In this document: positions 41,878 through 55,734 of the stretch, piece by piece | Position numbering within the stretch: position 1 is the stretch's first letter | How the letters are laid out: the number at the start of each line of letters is the position of its first letter | NCBI GenBank assembly: GCA_963737655.1 | Contig: CAVTTN010000002.1 | Span: 800,001 to 864,000, forward strand | DNA from: an uncultured Planctomycetota bacterium | Lineage (GTDB): Bacteria > Planctomycetota > Planctomycetia > Isosphaerales > Isosphaeraceae | Reading direction: 5' to 3' | Length of the DNA stretch: 64,000 bases | Notes under the pieces: generated by a model | Told to the model about the DNA's origin: nothing | The model's database searches: none | The model's input: the letters and a program-made list of their open reading frames with translations, nothing else | Made by a program: the position numbers and the translations under genes

Positions 41878-42986
41878 ATGGCAGGATGCCAGACTCACCG
41901 ACTGCGAGCCGGCGGTGTCGTCGCTGCGCTCTGCGTCGCTTCCTCGCTGTACGCGGATCTCGCCCTGGCGCAATCCCCGGCACCGCCGTCCGCGACGCCA
42001 GGCCGAAACCTCGCCGAAGTCGCCGAGGGCGAAGATGCCCCGCCGGCAGGCCTCGCGGTGACGCCCGTGCCCCGTCCCATGGTCGATCCCGGTCCGGCGC
42101 CGGCGGCACCCCGGGTCGAGCTCGGCCACCTCGAGACGATCGCCGAGTCGCTCTTCGGCCATCCCCCCGCGAACTCCTGGCGGCCCCTGCCGCTCTCGAC
42201 GTTCTTCAGCGAGGGCTGGAACGAAGCGTGGGTGCCGTCGCCCAACGGCTCCGGAGGCGCTCCCCGTCAGGGCTGGATCAACGCCATGGACGGCAACCTG
42301 TACCGCCTGTCGTTCGTTTCGTTCGGCCAGGCGTTCAACAGTCCGCCGAAGGGCAATGCCTACTTCGGTTCCTACACGATCTTGGCACCGCTAAACCGCC
42401 GCCTCGAGCTGATCGTGAATGTCCCTTTCGTAGTCCGGAACAATGTCGTCAGCGGCTTGCCGATCCTGAGCCCAAACAATTCGATGCCGCCGACGTCGAG
42501 CCACTCGGGATTCGGCGACATGTCGTTCACGCCGCGGTTCTTGCTCCACGAGACGAAGGACTTCTCCCTGACCACGGAACTCGCGGTGGTGACCCCGACC
42601 GGCAATCCACCCATCGCGGGGAAGACGACCACCCTGGTCCCCGCCTTCGGCTTCTGGACTAACCCCGGGGGCGGTTGGGTGGTCCGGGGGGACTCGGTCT
42701 CGCGATCCCGACGAACGGCAGTGGGGATACCTTGATCAGCCAGCTCGCCGTCGGGAACACCTTCACGGAGCATGACGTGCCGCTGTTCGGAGACTTCACC
42801 GTCTACATGTCGACCGTGGCGAACAGCTCGCTGAACAACGGGGGTCACACGGGCGTGACCCTCACCCCGGGGATGAGGACCCACCTCGGAAACGACTGGT
42901 ATTTCCTGGCCGGTCTGCCCGTACCGTTGACCAACCAACGAGTCGGCGACCTCGGCATGATCTTCTGGTTCATGAAGGCGTGGTGA
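41878..42986 (+). CDS. Putative outer-membrane beta-barrel/transporter protein; frameshift in G6 run 42686-42691
   Basis: Signal peptide; 'SGFGDMSFTPRFLL', alternating amphipathic strands, 'LTPGMR', terminal Trp. Start codon uncertain. Confidence 0.65.
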
Positions 42987-43348
42987 GTCCGGAGGGGCGG
43001 CTCGACCGACCGAGTCCTTACGCCTCGAAGCCGCCCGGCCCCGGAACCGGGACAGGATCTCCTGCGCCGGCCGGTTGATTTCCTTCGGTGGCCTCCGTCG
43101 GCATGGGGCTGTCCGAGAGATTATTAACTCGGATTCGCCAGGCCCCCGACGGACGTGTTCCAGGCGATCCGTGCTCCTGAACAGAGCGGTGAAGATCGCC
43201 GAATCGGCGGAGACGGCCGGGGGACGCGATTCCGGGACCAGGTTCGACCGGTCGGGTTCGTCGCTCCCGCCGCCATGTCCATCGCCGCAAATCCCACGTC
43301 CCCGAGCCTGCCCGATGCGGAGTGGGCGGATCCGTCCCCGAGTCGCAA

Positions 43349-43559
43349 TTAGATTGGCAAGCCGATCATGTACAGGTAATGGCCGGGGACCGATTCGAGT
43401 TCCGCATCCTCGGCGGGCTGAAAGGGCTCGCGCTGCTCCCAGGCATTCTCGCCGGGCGGGATGATCCAGAATTGGCCCTCGCGGTCTCTCACGATCCAGC
43501 GCCTCCGGTCGCCCCCTGTCCACATAGAGGCTCATGACCGGCTTCCTGATGGTGAGCAT
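43349..43559 (-). CDS. Small (~69 aa) hypothetical protein hidden by a +1 frameshift
   Basis: MLTIRKPVMSLYVDR joins WIVRDREGQFWIIPPGENAWEQREPFQPAEDAELESVPGHYLYMIGLPI* once one base of the run at 43512-43516 is removed; AGGAG upstream. Confidence 0.6.
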
Positions 43560-43829
43560 GAGGTTCTCGCTCCTTTCTCTCCTGGTTCGGCTCCGCCTCA
43601 ACGATCGGGCTAGTCTGTCATCGCGATCGGGCGGCGTAAAGGGACATTTGCGGGGGTGGTCCCCGACCCGACCCCGAGGCGAGACGGGAATCCGCCGAGA
43701 CCGACGTCCCGATTGGAACAATGATCCCGGATTCCGGCATTGCATCGCCCCGGGCGTGTTATGCTGGAACGAGTCAATTTCACATCTTCGGGGCGGCCCC
43801 CACCGGCGTCGCCGCAGGCGGCTAAACCC

Positions 43830-46583
<2,754 letters not shown>

Positions 46584-46638
46584 CGCGTGCACACGCCTCC
46601 CCTCGAATCAGACGCCCTGGACGCATGGGGGCACGGCC

Positions 46639-47523
46639 GTGAACGCCTCGAAGGTCATCTCCATCCTCAACGCCTCGGCGCTCGTGACGATGATGGTTTC
46701 GATGGGGCTGCGCGTGACGGGCGGCGAGCTCCTGGCCTCGGCTCGACCGGCTCGTCGGCTCGTCCTCGGCCTGATCGCGAACTTCGCGCTGCTCCCGGCG
46801 GTCACGGTCGGATTGCTCCACGCCTTCCATGCTCGGCCGATGATCGCGGTGGGGTTCCTGATCCTCGCCTCCTGCCCCGGAGCCCCGGTCGGGCCACCGA
46901 TCACCGCCATCGCCCGGGGGGATGTCCCGTGGTCCCTGGGAATGATGCTGATCCTGGCCGGGCTCTCGGCGCTGCTGACGCCGGCCCTCCTCAGCGTGCT
47001 CCTGCCCTGGGTCGCGCCCGCAACCGACTTGCACGTGGACTACCGGGGGATCATCCGGATCTTGCTGATCACCCAGTTGCTCCCGCTCGGCCTGGGACTG
47101 GGAATCCGCCGCGAGGCGCCCCGGTGGGCCCGTCGCCTGGAGAAACCGCTCGGCCGCCTCGCGAATGTCCTCCTCCTGGCGCTGGTCGGGGCGATCGTGG
47201 CGACGCAATTCGGGATGCTGGCGGCCATCCGGCCCCGAGGCTGGTTCGGGATGGGGCTGCTGGTGGTGGCCGGCCTGGGACTCGGCTGGTCCTGCGGCGG
47301 TCCCGGCGGCGCGTGTCGGAGGGCCCTGGCCACGACCACGGCCACGCGTAACGTCGCGCTCGGCCTGGTCATCGTCGGGAGCAACTTCGCGGGCACGCCG
47401 GCCGTCACCGCCGTCGTCGCATACGGCCTGCTCTCCATCCTCGGGGCGCTGGGATTCGCCCTGCTGGTGGGCAGGACGGATGCGATCGGGACGGAGAGGG
47501 TGCGCGTCGCTCCGTCGCTCTGA
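46639..47523 (+). CDS. Bile acid:sodium symporter (BASS) family protein
   Basis: MGL, 'ANF..LP', 'CPGAP', 'LLPL.LG', 'RNVALG'; about 9 TM helices. Confidence 0.88.
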   Translation: MNASKVISILNASALVTMMVSMGLRVTGGELLASARPARRLVLGLIANFALLPAVTVGLLHAFHARPMIAVGFLILASCPGAPVGPPITAIARGDVPWSLGMMLILAGLSALLTPALLSVLLPWVAPATDLHVDYRGIIRILLITQLLPLGLGLGIRREAPRWARRLEKPLGRLANVLLLALVGAIVATQFGMLAAIRPRGWFGMGLLVVAGLGLGWSCGGPGGACRRALATTTATRNVALGLVIVGSNFAGTPAVTAVVAYGLLSILGALGFALLVGRTDAIGTERVRVAPSL

Positions 47524-47538
47524 GCGCGACTCGGCCGT

Positions 47539-49404
47539 TCACTCCGTCGCGGCATCATTCATGTCGGAGGTCGTCTTGAAGAGCCGAGGATCGAGCCGAT
47601 TCAGCAGCCGATGGAGCTTGGGCACCTGCTCCAGCGCGGCCGACTCGCCGATCGCGGCGAGCTCCTTCGCCCTCATGAACTCCGCGGGGTCGATGGACGT
47701 CACGTCCGGCTCGATCACCACGTCCGCCGGCTGGACGCCGAAGGCGTTCAGGCTGTAATTCTGGACGAGCAGGCTGCGCACGATCGTCGGCATGATGCCG
47801 GGCCTGGCCGCCGACGGGCCGGATTTCTCGGGCGAGATGTCGCAGAAGCGAGACTCCAGCTTCGCCGACACGCTGACCGCGATCACGAAATTGCAACCCA
47901 TCGACACCAGCACGTCCGCCGGGATGTTGTTGACCAGCCCGCCGTCGATCAGCGCCTGGCCGTTGCGGACGATCGGCACGGAGAGCACGGGCAAGTTGAT
48001 GCTCTCGAGGATCGCATGGACGGCATCGCCGCGTTCGCGGACGACCGAGTTGCCGCTCACCAAATCGACCGTGACGGAGAGGCAGGGGACGGCGAGTTGT
48101 TCGAGCCTCCAGTCATGCAGGTACTTCCGCAGCATGCCATCGAAGTGCCCGCGGCGATACTTGTACAGGAGGTGCCAGTAGTTCCCCTGCGGGAGCTGGC
48201 GAAAGATCCAGGGGGGGGCGAGGTCGGCGGCGAACGCGTCCGCGTTGCAGTCCGGATCCATCCCGGAGGCGTACATGATGCCCGTCATGGCGCCGGCGCT
48301 GGTGCCGGCGATCATGTCGACGACGATTCCGTTGCGCTCGAGGACCTTGAGCATGCCGAGGTGCGACAGCCCCCGGGCCGCCCCGCCGCCGAGCGCCACG
48401 CCCACGCGCACGCCGCGAAGGTCGTGCACCAGCCGCTCCAGCCCGAACGATAGCGACTGGCCCCAGGGCAATCCCGGCGGCGCCTCGTGGATCTTGAAGT
48501 CGCGCGCGGCGAGGGTGGCGAGGTCGGGCACGACGGGGACCACGGGGCTGTCATCCTTGATCACCCAGGCGACGCTGGTCTTGTCGCGCCAGCCCCGGGC
48601 CGCCACGTCGATCGCCCGCAGGCGGCCGATGGCGGCGTCCGCCCCGTCGGCCGGCACGAAATAGATGGCGCGGTCGACCAGCTCCATGAGCCGCGGGGTC
48701 AGTTCCGGCGTCAGGTAGGAATGGACGTCGAAGATGACCCGATGGGCATCCTGCCATTGTGCACCTTGCTCACGGACTTCCTCCGGCGTCAAATCCCGGC
48801 CATTCTCGCGGAGCGGCCGGAACCGCACGTTGGGCAGATCCAGCCGCGCGTCCGAATCGCTCAGGACGCCGAGCTGCTCACCCACGTCGCTCAGTCGCCG
48901 GATCAGCCGCTCGGCCGTCGGCCGAGTCGCGGGCGAAACGTGGATCAGGGCCAGCATCATCACCGACCGCTTGGGGGCGTCGCCCAGGAAGATCTTCCGC
49001 AGGCTCCCCGCGTAGGTCTTGAGCCACACTCGGCGAAGCTCCGGCCTGGCCAGTGTCAATTCCATCGCCTCTTCGTAGTCCAGCCTGAGGACCGTCGAGG
49101 GCTCGAGCGCAACGACGCGGATCGGCACCGATTCGTTGAGCGCGCCGACCATCATCCCGAATTGCTCCCCGCGCTCGATCATCCGGAACAGCGACTCGGT
49201 CCCGTTGGCGCCGACCCGAACGGCCTTGAGCCGCCCCCTCAGGACGAAGCCGACCGTGGTGAGGACCACGTCCGCCTCGTGCACGATGCCGCCCGCCGGA
49301 TACCGCGTGACTCGCCCGAGCCGCGCGACTTCCTCGAGGGTTTCCTCCGAGGCTCCCTGAAAGTATTCGTGCACCTTCAGGAGCGCAATGACCTCATCGT
49401 TCAT
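47539..49404 (-). CDS. cNMP-binding domain/patatin-like phospholipase
   Basis: N-terminal cNMP domain; ALGGGAARG, GTSAG, DGG motifs. Confidence 0.92.
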   Translation of the reverse strand: MNDEVIALLKVHEYFQGASEETLEEVARLGRVTRYPAGGIVHEADVVLTTVGFVLRGRLKAVRVGANGTESLFRMIERGEQFGMMVGALNESVPIRVVALEPSTVLRLDYEEAMELTLARPELRRVWLKTYAGSLRKIFLGDAPKRSVMMLALIHVSPATRPTAERLIRRLSDVGEQLGVLSDSDARLDLPNVRFRPLRENGRDLTPEEVREQGAQWQDAHRVIFDVHSYLTPELTPRLMELVDRAIYFVPADGADAAIGRLRAIDVAARGWRDKTSVAWVIKDDSPVVPVVPDLATLAARDFKIHEAPPGLPWGQSLSFGLERLVHDLRGVRVGVALGGGAARGLSHLGMLKVLERNGIVVDMIAGTSAGAMTGIMYASGMDPDCNADAFAADLAPPWIFRQLPQGNYWHLLYKYRRGHFDGMLRKYLHDWRLEQLAVPCLSVTVDLVSGNSVVRERGDAVHAILESINLPVLSVPIVRNGQALIDGGLVNNIPADVLVSMGCNFVIAVSVSAKLESRFCDISPEKSGPSAARPGIMPTIVRSLLVQNYSLNAFGVQPADVVIEPDVTSIDPAEFMRAKELAAIGESAALEQVPKLHRLLNRLDPRLFKTTSDMNDAATE

Positions 49405-50413
49405 GGCGGCGCCTTTCGAGTTCGCGACGGATATGATCGCCGAATCCCACCGCCGGGGCGGCGTTCGCGATGTCGTTCAGGTAGGCGAGTCGGCGGAGTT
49501 CCTGGAAGGGTAGGGTCCGGTCCAATCGACCGTCCCGATAAAGGACCCGGTCCAGACGGGCGTTGGCAATCACGCGCCAGTCCCAGCGGACCTTCGTGCT
49601 GGGAAGCTTGTAGAAGGACGTCGTGCAATTGGTGAACAGGACGTGGTACCAGCGCGGGTTGTCGTGTAATTGATTGATCGTATCCACGTAGTCGAGGAAC
49701 AGGCGTTTGAGTTCCTCGGCGCTGGAATTGAGGTGGTAGAAGTATCCCCATTGGTTTTCGCTGTACTTCGTGCGACGAAGGATGACATCGCGCTCGTCCG
49801 CGGCGACGAAGATGAGCTCCTGCTGTCGATACAGACTTTGAAAGACCGAGTATTTCTGCCCTTTCGTGATTCTCGCCTCGATCGACATGCAGATGCGGCC
49901 ATCGGGCCCGAAGTCGAAGACCAGGGCGGGGTGGCCCCTGAGCCCGTCACCCCAGTCGAAGAAGATGACATCCACTCCCCTGAGATTCGAGAGATAATAC
50001 GTGCGCGTTTCCCAATGTGGCGTGAAATCGTCGACCGAACGATATTCCAGGTTGCGGACGTTTTCGATCGTCACCGCATCCCCGTCGATCACGGCTCGCG
50101 GCAGTTCGCTCATGCTCGGGTCCCAGTCGCGTTCGTTCGTCGGTTTCAGCCGGAACCACCAGGCGAGGAACAGCGACTCCGCCCCGAGCAGGGCGGCGAT
50201 CGGCTGCCAGAGCGGCCGCCAGACCGCGAAAATCGCGACGAAGCCAACGGCCCAGGCCAGGACGACCCAACGGCCCCAACCGGCTCCGCCGCATCCATCG
50301 AAGTAGATCGCGCCGGCCATCCAAATCGCGATCAGGGCACACGCCAGCAACGATGCTCCCGTGAGGAATCCCAGGAAGAGACCCATGAGCGTGCTCGCTT
50401 CGGGTTGCCGCAT
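49394..50413 (-). CDS. DUF4105 domain membrane protein
   Basis: TM helices; NVRN..Y.S..DF, SIEAR, E.D.I..R, RWYH...NCTT. Confidence 0.85.
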   Translation of the reverse strand: MRQPEASTLMGLFLGFLTGASLLACALIAIWMAGAIYFDGCGGAGWGRWVVLAWAVGFVAIFAVWRPLWQPIAALLGAESLFLAWWFRLKPTNERDWDPSMSELPRAVIDGDAVTIENVRNLEYRSVDDFTPHWETRTYYLSNLRGVDVIFFDWGDGLRGHPALVFDFGPDGRICMSIEARITKGQKYSVFQSLYRQQELIFVAADERDVILRRTKYSENQWGYFYHLNSSAEELKRLFLDYVDTINQLHDNPRWYHVLFTNCTTSFYKLPSTKVRWDWRVIANARLDRVLYRDGRLDRTLPFQELRRLAYLNDIANAAPAVGFGDHIRRELERRRHER

Positions 50414-51165
50414 TCAGAATAAGAGCCGGTTGCCAGATCAACCTTCACGCAGTTTACCCGCGCGCGCATTTCAAGCCTTCGTCATCTCGCCTGATTTTCC
50501 GAGATTTTATCCGTTCTATTTTTCTGGGTGCCTGCCGATGGGCCTCGCCACGGGGTGTAGAATTCCGCGCGTCCGAATCGTGTTGGCCGTGGGCGTGCCT
50601 CTCAACTCGGCGATGGAACGAATCACTCGGCACGGCATCCTCGACCGTCAATTGGCCGTCGCCCGAGTCGCGGTCCTCGCGAACATGGCCGATCCCGGGA
50701 AGGCCGTCGAACCTTTCGATCCGATCCTTGACGAGTGATACGACAACTCATCGTCTCGCGAACGACGATTTCCGGCCGACCGGGCGTTGGGCAGGGAGCT
50801 GTTCGACTCCCTTCGGACGTGCCGAGATCCGATCGATTTCCCGAGGACAGGCGAGCACATTTCCATGAGTGGCACGCGTCGACGAAGCGTCATGAAAACG
50901 TCTCTCCGTGAACTTCGCCGGCCGCCGCTGCTCGTGCCCGGCCAGTGCGTCGGGCAGGCGTCGGGAGTCCCGCTCGGCTCCGGCCTGTGGCACCAGGCGA
51001 ACCGAATGCCCTCGGCTCCCGCCTTCTGATCGGGTTGGATTTCACGATTTGGGGCCGGAACCATCAGGACTCCTTGCGGAGCGAGTGCCCCTCCGTCAAG
51101 ATGAACGACCGGATGGAGACTCTGCCTCGCCTTCGACGACAATTTCATGTCGGGCGGCTTCCACC

Positions 51166-52167
51166 ATGCATCGACGATCCGCCCTCCTCGGGGCCTTGCT
51201 CACACTCGGCTGCGCCCTCGCCTCGGACCGAGCCGATGCCCGAGGAGACGAGCAGGCCGCGAGCGCCGTTCCGTATGAAGGCAAGCTCATCCACCTGGAT
51301 GAGACGGGACATTTCCACGTCTGGAATCTGGAAGACGGACGATTCGATCCGGAGATGTCAGCGAAGCTCGCTCACGATTCGATCACCCACCTGGCGACGG
51401 ACGGCGGCAGGCTCTGGGCGTCCGGGAAGTCCGTCCTTTACGATTGGTCCTCGAAAGAGCAAGCCTGGAAGAAGGTCGCCGACTTTGACGGCGGTGGGGA
51501 GGCGCTGCTCGCTCTCGCCGGACTCGACGGATCGCCTCTCCTCATTTTTCCATCCAAGGTCATGGATCTCAAGAAAGTTCGCACGTTCAAGGTCCCCATG
51601 ATGAGGGGTCAAATTCAGACAGATTCCCTCCGCCTCCTCGCGTTCCGGGCGGCGGACTCCATGCTCTGGCTGGGGACGGGCCACGGCGAATGGGGGGGGC
51701 ATCTCGTCGGCCTCAACCCGAAAACCGGCCAATGGGTCCAATACTATGACGATCTCCATTATGTGACCGGGATCACGACGGCCGGGCCGGGAGAGGTCAT
51801 CGTCAGTTGGTCGATGAGCCACTTCAACGCGCACACTCGGATTCGAATTCATGGCCTTGACGGGAAGCCGAAGACCGCCTATCCCATGCTTTATTCAAAA
51901 TATTATCAGACAATTTCATATAACAAATACGATAAGCTTTTGTATGGAGTTGAGAACACCCATCTTGTTACCATCAAGGATGGCAAGCCCTCGAAGGTCG
52001 CGGAGTTGCAGGGCCAGGTCTTCGAGCGGGAGCCGAGGGCGATCGGTGTGGCCCCCGGGGTTTCCGCTTTGATCCCCGTCGCGGAGAAGGCCCTGATCGT
52101 GGTGCCGAACCACGGTTTGCCGTGGAGGCTCAAGGACGGCGAACTGACCCAACTTCGTACGCCCTGA
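51166..52167 (+). CDS. Hypothetical secreted beta-propeller-like protein
   Basis: Signal peptide MHRRSALLGALLTLGCALA; 'LWLGTGHGEWGG.L'; lower-GC codon usage. Confidence 0.75.
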   Translation: MHRRSALLGALLTLGCALASDRADARGDEQAASAVPYEGKLIHLDETGHFHVWNLEDGRFDPEMSAKLAHDSITHLATDGGRLWASGKSVLYDWSSKEQAWKKVADFDGGGEALLALAGLDGSPLLIFPSKVMDLKKVRTFKVPMMRGQIQTDSLRLLAFRAADSMLWLGTGHGEWGGHLVGLNPKTGQWVQYYDDLHYVTGITTAGPGEVIVSWSMSHFNAHTRIRIHGLDGKPKTAYPMLYSKYYQTISYNKYDKLLYGVENTHLVTIKDGKPSKVAELQGQVFEREPRAIGVAPGVSALIPVAEKALIVVPNHGLPWRLKDGELTQLRTP

Positions 52168-52292
52168 TTCGACCGCGGCGCCGAAGCCATTGGTCGTAGC
52201 CGATCGGTAGGACCCGGCAGATCGTCCCTCGCGAAGCCTCCCATGTCCGACTGGCGACCCGGCGACCTCGTCGAGCTCGACGGCCTTTTTTC

Positions 52293-52610
52293 CGACGCTC
52301 TACCGGGTCCGCTACTCGGACTAGGTTCCGCTTGTCCGCCATCCCTCCTGTTTTCCTCTCCGAACGGCGAATCACGACGGAGTTCTGGAGATCCTGTCGC
52401 CTCGTCCCAGGCATGAAGCACAGGCGCGTCGGATCGGGATGATCGTCGAGGCCGCGACGTGCGGGCGGGCCATCCCGCGCAAGGGCCAGGGAACGCAACC
52501 CCGTGAGTGCGTCTTCCTCGCGAGCGAGGCGGCGATTTTCGGCAAGGACACGCTCGACCTCGACGCCGGCGCCCTCCGCCGGACGTCTGGAGTGCGGCGG
52601 GTCTGGATTC
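52293..52610 (+). pseudogene. Decayed Uma2 paralog of 8944-9675
   Basis: 'VRYSD*VPLVRHPS..HDGVLEILSP..HE..ARRIGMIV..RKGQG..EC.FLASEAAIFGKDTLDLDAG', with an internal stop and a deletion. Confidence 0.8.
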
Positions 52611-52837
52611 GACCTGTCGCAAGAATGCGATTCGGGTCATTCTTGAATCTTGCCTCGGATTGGGAATTATGGGTCAATGGCTCTCTGATCGGATCTTCCT
52701 GGATGGACTGCCATCCGGGGGATCGGTCAACCTCCCTCGGGAGAGGGCCCGGCCTGGTGGGGTCGGGTTTTTCTGAAATCGAGGTGCGACCTGGCGGGCC
52801 GGTCCGCCGGGGTTGGTCGTTCGGTGCTCGGGGAGCC

Positions 52838-53275
52838 ATGAGGATGCGTGCCTTCGACACCATGGAGGTGTTGATCCTGATTGCCGTGGCCCTCGTCGCA
52901 TGTCGTCGCGGGAAGGAGGGCCGGAGATCCGGCCCGGTCCGGGTGGCTCCTGGCGTCGTCTACTCCCTGGAGGATGGCGAGCGTTCTCATCGCGAGGCGC
53001 CCGAGACGTTCGAGATCCCGAGCCTGGCCGAGCGCGAGGCCCTTGCGCCGGGTCGGATCGTCAAGCTGATGTTCCGGATCACGGCGGACGGCGAGACCTT
53101 GGTGGAACGAATGTGGGTGATTGTCGAGGGCGAGGAGGCCGGCGGCTATGTGGGCTCCCTCGATAATCAGCCCTATTCGACCGAGGCGATGCGTCCCGGG
53201 CTGAAACTTCATTTTCATGCCCGCCATGTGATCAGCATTTACGATGACCGTGCCGAGGACGGGCCGTCCGGCTGA
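52838..53275 (+). CDS. DUF2314/YegJ-like small protein
   Basis: 'TFEIPS..ER..L..G..VKLMF...ERMWV.V...YVGSLDNQP...F..RHV'. Confidence 0.65.
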   Translation: MRMRAFDTMEVLILIAVALVACRRGKEGRRSGPVRVAPGVVYSLEDGERSHREAPETFEIPSLAEREALAPGRIVKLMFRITADGETLVERMWVIVEGEEAGGYVGSLDNQPYSTEAMRPGLKLHFHARHVISIYDDRAEDGPSG

Positions 53276-53378
53276 GAGTCCGCCCCGGAATGTCCCGGCC
53301 TGCGGTCGATCCGGGGCGGGTCTTGGCGAGAGTGTCCGCCGAGATGGTTCGAAGGGGTGAGGGAAGGGAGGTCGGTCG

Positions 53379-53921
53379 ATGGGTCGCGCGATCGCGCGGT
53401 TGGCGGTCCCGCGCGTATTGCTGGGCGCGGTCGTGGCGGGCCTGGTGCTCGTCGCCTCGGGCCAGGACGCGGGCCGGGGGGTCCCGGCGAAGGCGACCGC
53501 CGACGGGAACTACTCGGGATTGCTTCGGAAGGTCGAGGTCCCTCAGGACAGGAAGACGTATGGCGACTTCTTCGAGGGAGGCTACTTCCCCGAGCTCCCC
53601 GCCTACGAAGGGTATCGCGACCTCCCCGCCGGCCACTGGGTCTATGTCTCGCCCCACTGGTACATCTGGAAGGACAGCAAGGTACCCCGGGAGCCCGCCG
53701 CGGTGGAGGCAGACCTGATGGCGCGTAATGACCCGTTCGTCGCGATGCAGGAGAAGGACGTCGAGATCCATTTCTTCGGCGGCGAGGTTCTCAAGGGTCG
53801 AATCGCCGAGAACCGGGCGTCCTACGTCCTCGTGACGACCCCCGGCAGCAAGCAGCGAGCCTGGGTCAACAAGGGGCACGTCTCCTCGATCCGGTGGGAG
53901 GACGAGGCGGACGCCCGATAA
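53379..53921 (+). CDS. Hypothetical secreted protein
   Basis: GGAGG RBS; signal peptide; 'YSGLLRK..VPQD...YGDF.E.GY...PAGHWVYVSPHWYIW'. Confidence 0.7.
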   Translation: MGRAIARLAVPRVLLGAVVAGLVLVASGQDAGRGVPAKATADGNYSGLLRKVEVPQDRKTYGDFFEGGYFPELPAYEGYRDLPAGHWVYVSPHWYIWKDSKVPREPAAVEADLMARNDPFVAMQEKDVEIHFFGGEVLKGRIAENRASYVLVTTPGSKQRAWVNKGHVSSIRWEDEADAR

Positions 53922-54452
53922 GGACGCTCGGCGCCGGTCGCAACCCCTGGGGCTCGGTCGTCGAACGACGGGTGAGAACGCCCTAGCCCCGGGGCCGATC
54001 GGGAGGCCTCATCCCACCAGAGTGGCACAATTTTCATTAGCCCGTCCCGGTTGCGAGAGGGTCGTGAGGGTGAGTCGGCCGTCCGCGTCCGCGTGGCCTC
54101 CCGGCCGCTCTTCCCGTTCGGGGACGACCCGAGCCGCCCGGCCCACCCGATGCATCCATCTCGCGGATGGGCGTTGGACACGGGGATGGCGCCGAGCTGT
54201 GAAGGTCTCGAGGCGGCGCCACGGAATCGAGGTCCCTGCCCCCGCCTTGGACGGGTGTCTAAGGCATGGGGCGAAGCTCGTTGGTCAAATCCTGTCCTCT
54301 TTTTTCAACAACGAAATAATGTAGCACACCCATATGGATTTTTCGGGGGGACGCGGTTAGAACTCTGCGACGGGGCGGGTCGCCGCGGGGTGTCGATGCG
54401 AGCGGCGAGCCGACCCCCCTCATCGAGTTCGAACATCCCGAGGAGCAGCGCG

Positions 54453-55198
54453 ATGAAGCGAAGCATGGGACTGCGCCAGTCGCCGCGATGGCGATCTTTG
54501 CTGCCGTGGCGCTGGAGGCGCGGGCGGACCTGATCAACATTACTCAGGACGACGTCAACCAGGCCGCCGGCGGCGTCACCATCAAGGCCAACTACGACGT
54601 CGCCGGGATCATGGGCCTGTGCCCGGGCGGGAACATCCGGTTCATCCAGCAGGTCTCGCTGACCGACGGGAGCGGCAACCCGAAGAACGGCGTGCCGGGT
54701 TACCCGAACTCGAACTTCATCGACCCCCAGCCGAACCAGGGCAACCCGGGCGACTTCGACAATCAGCCGTGGTACGACGCGACCTACAACAACGCGGCGA
54801 ACCGGGACGCGAACACCAATCGCCAGTACGGCTCGGGCTCGTACTACTATGACAAGCCCGCGGGCTGGGGCGCGTTCAAGCCGGTGATGTTCTCGGCGAC
54901 CGCGGCCGTCGTCTGCATCGACACGTCCAACTGCACGTTCCAGATCCTCGCCGGCTTCACCTGGGGGTTCTCGATCGCGGCCGACGGCACGGTCACGAAC
55001 ATCCCGGCGATGACCACCGTGATGAACGACGCCGCCACGCGGAAGCTGTTCAATGACTCGCTGGCGACCGGCCCGGCGACGTTCAGCAAGTGGAAGGCGG
55101 TGCAGTCGGTGCCCGAGCCGTCCTCGATCGTCCTGGCGGGGTTGGGCCTCGTCGGGCTGCGGACCCTGCGGGCCCGACGGAAGCGAGTCGCCGCATGA
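54453..55198 (+). CDS. PEP-CTERM sorting-domain protein (signal peptide apparently frameshifted near 54475)
   Basis: C-terminal VPEPSSIVLAGLGLVGL..RARRKR; GAGGAG RBS before ATG 54453; 'ARADLI' signal-cleavage site. Confidence 0.9.
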
Positions 55199-55713
55199 CC
55201 CTCCTCGGCGCGAGGCTGTTTCTGATGGTCGCTCTCGTCGCCGGAACACTTCGGGGGCCGTCGGCCTTGACGGTCCTCGACGTGGGCCTGTTCGATGGCG
55301 ACTCCTGGACGCTGGGCAAGAAAGCCATCGGCCGGCCGTTCCTCGTCCAGCTCGTCCTGACCAACGAAGGCGATGCGCCGATCTCGCTCTGGGACCCGAA
55401 GAACACCGAGGGCCGAACCTGCCCGTTCGTCGTCCTGACCGACGCCGCCGGCAAGGAAACGATCCTCAAGCCCCGGGTGATCCCCCGAGCCGGAGGCGCC
55501 CCCACGGTGGTCTCTCTGGAGCCAACCCGCGTCCTCGTGCTCGACCTGGAGCTCCTGAGGATGGTCGGTCCCGAGTCCCTGCCGCCAGGCAAATACACGC
55601 TCTCGGCCTTCTACGAAAATCGTCTGGAATCCGTCCCGCCCTTCCCCAAGGTCTGGACCGGTAAGATCCGGGGCAAACCCCGGACGATCACCATCGTTGC
55701 GCCGGAGCCTTGA
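55195..55713 (+). CDS. Hypothetical secreted Ig-like protein
   Basis: ATGA overlap with the upstream gene; signal peptide; 'LVLTNEG..PI.LW', 'LPPGKYTL...Y', 'WTG'. Confidence 0.7.
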   Translation: MTLLGARLFLMVALVAGTLRGPSALTVLDVGLFDGDSWTLGKKAIGRPFLVQLVLTNEGDAPISLWDPKNTEGRTCPFVVLTDAAGKETILKPRVIPRAGGAPTVVSLEPTRVLVLDLELLRMVGPESLPPGKYTLSAFYENRLESVPPFPKVWTGKIRGKPRTITIVAPEP

Positions 55714-55734
55714 TGGGGAACTCGCGGACGGGGA

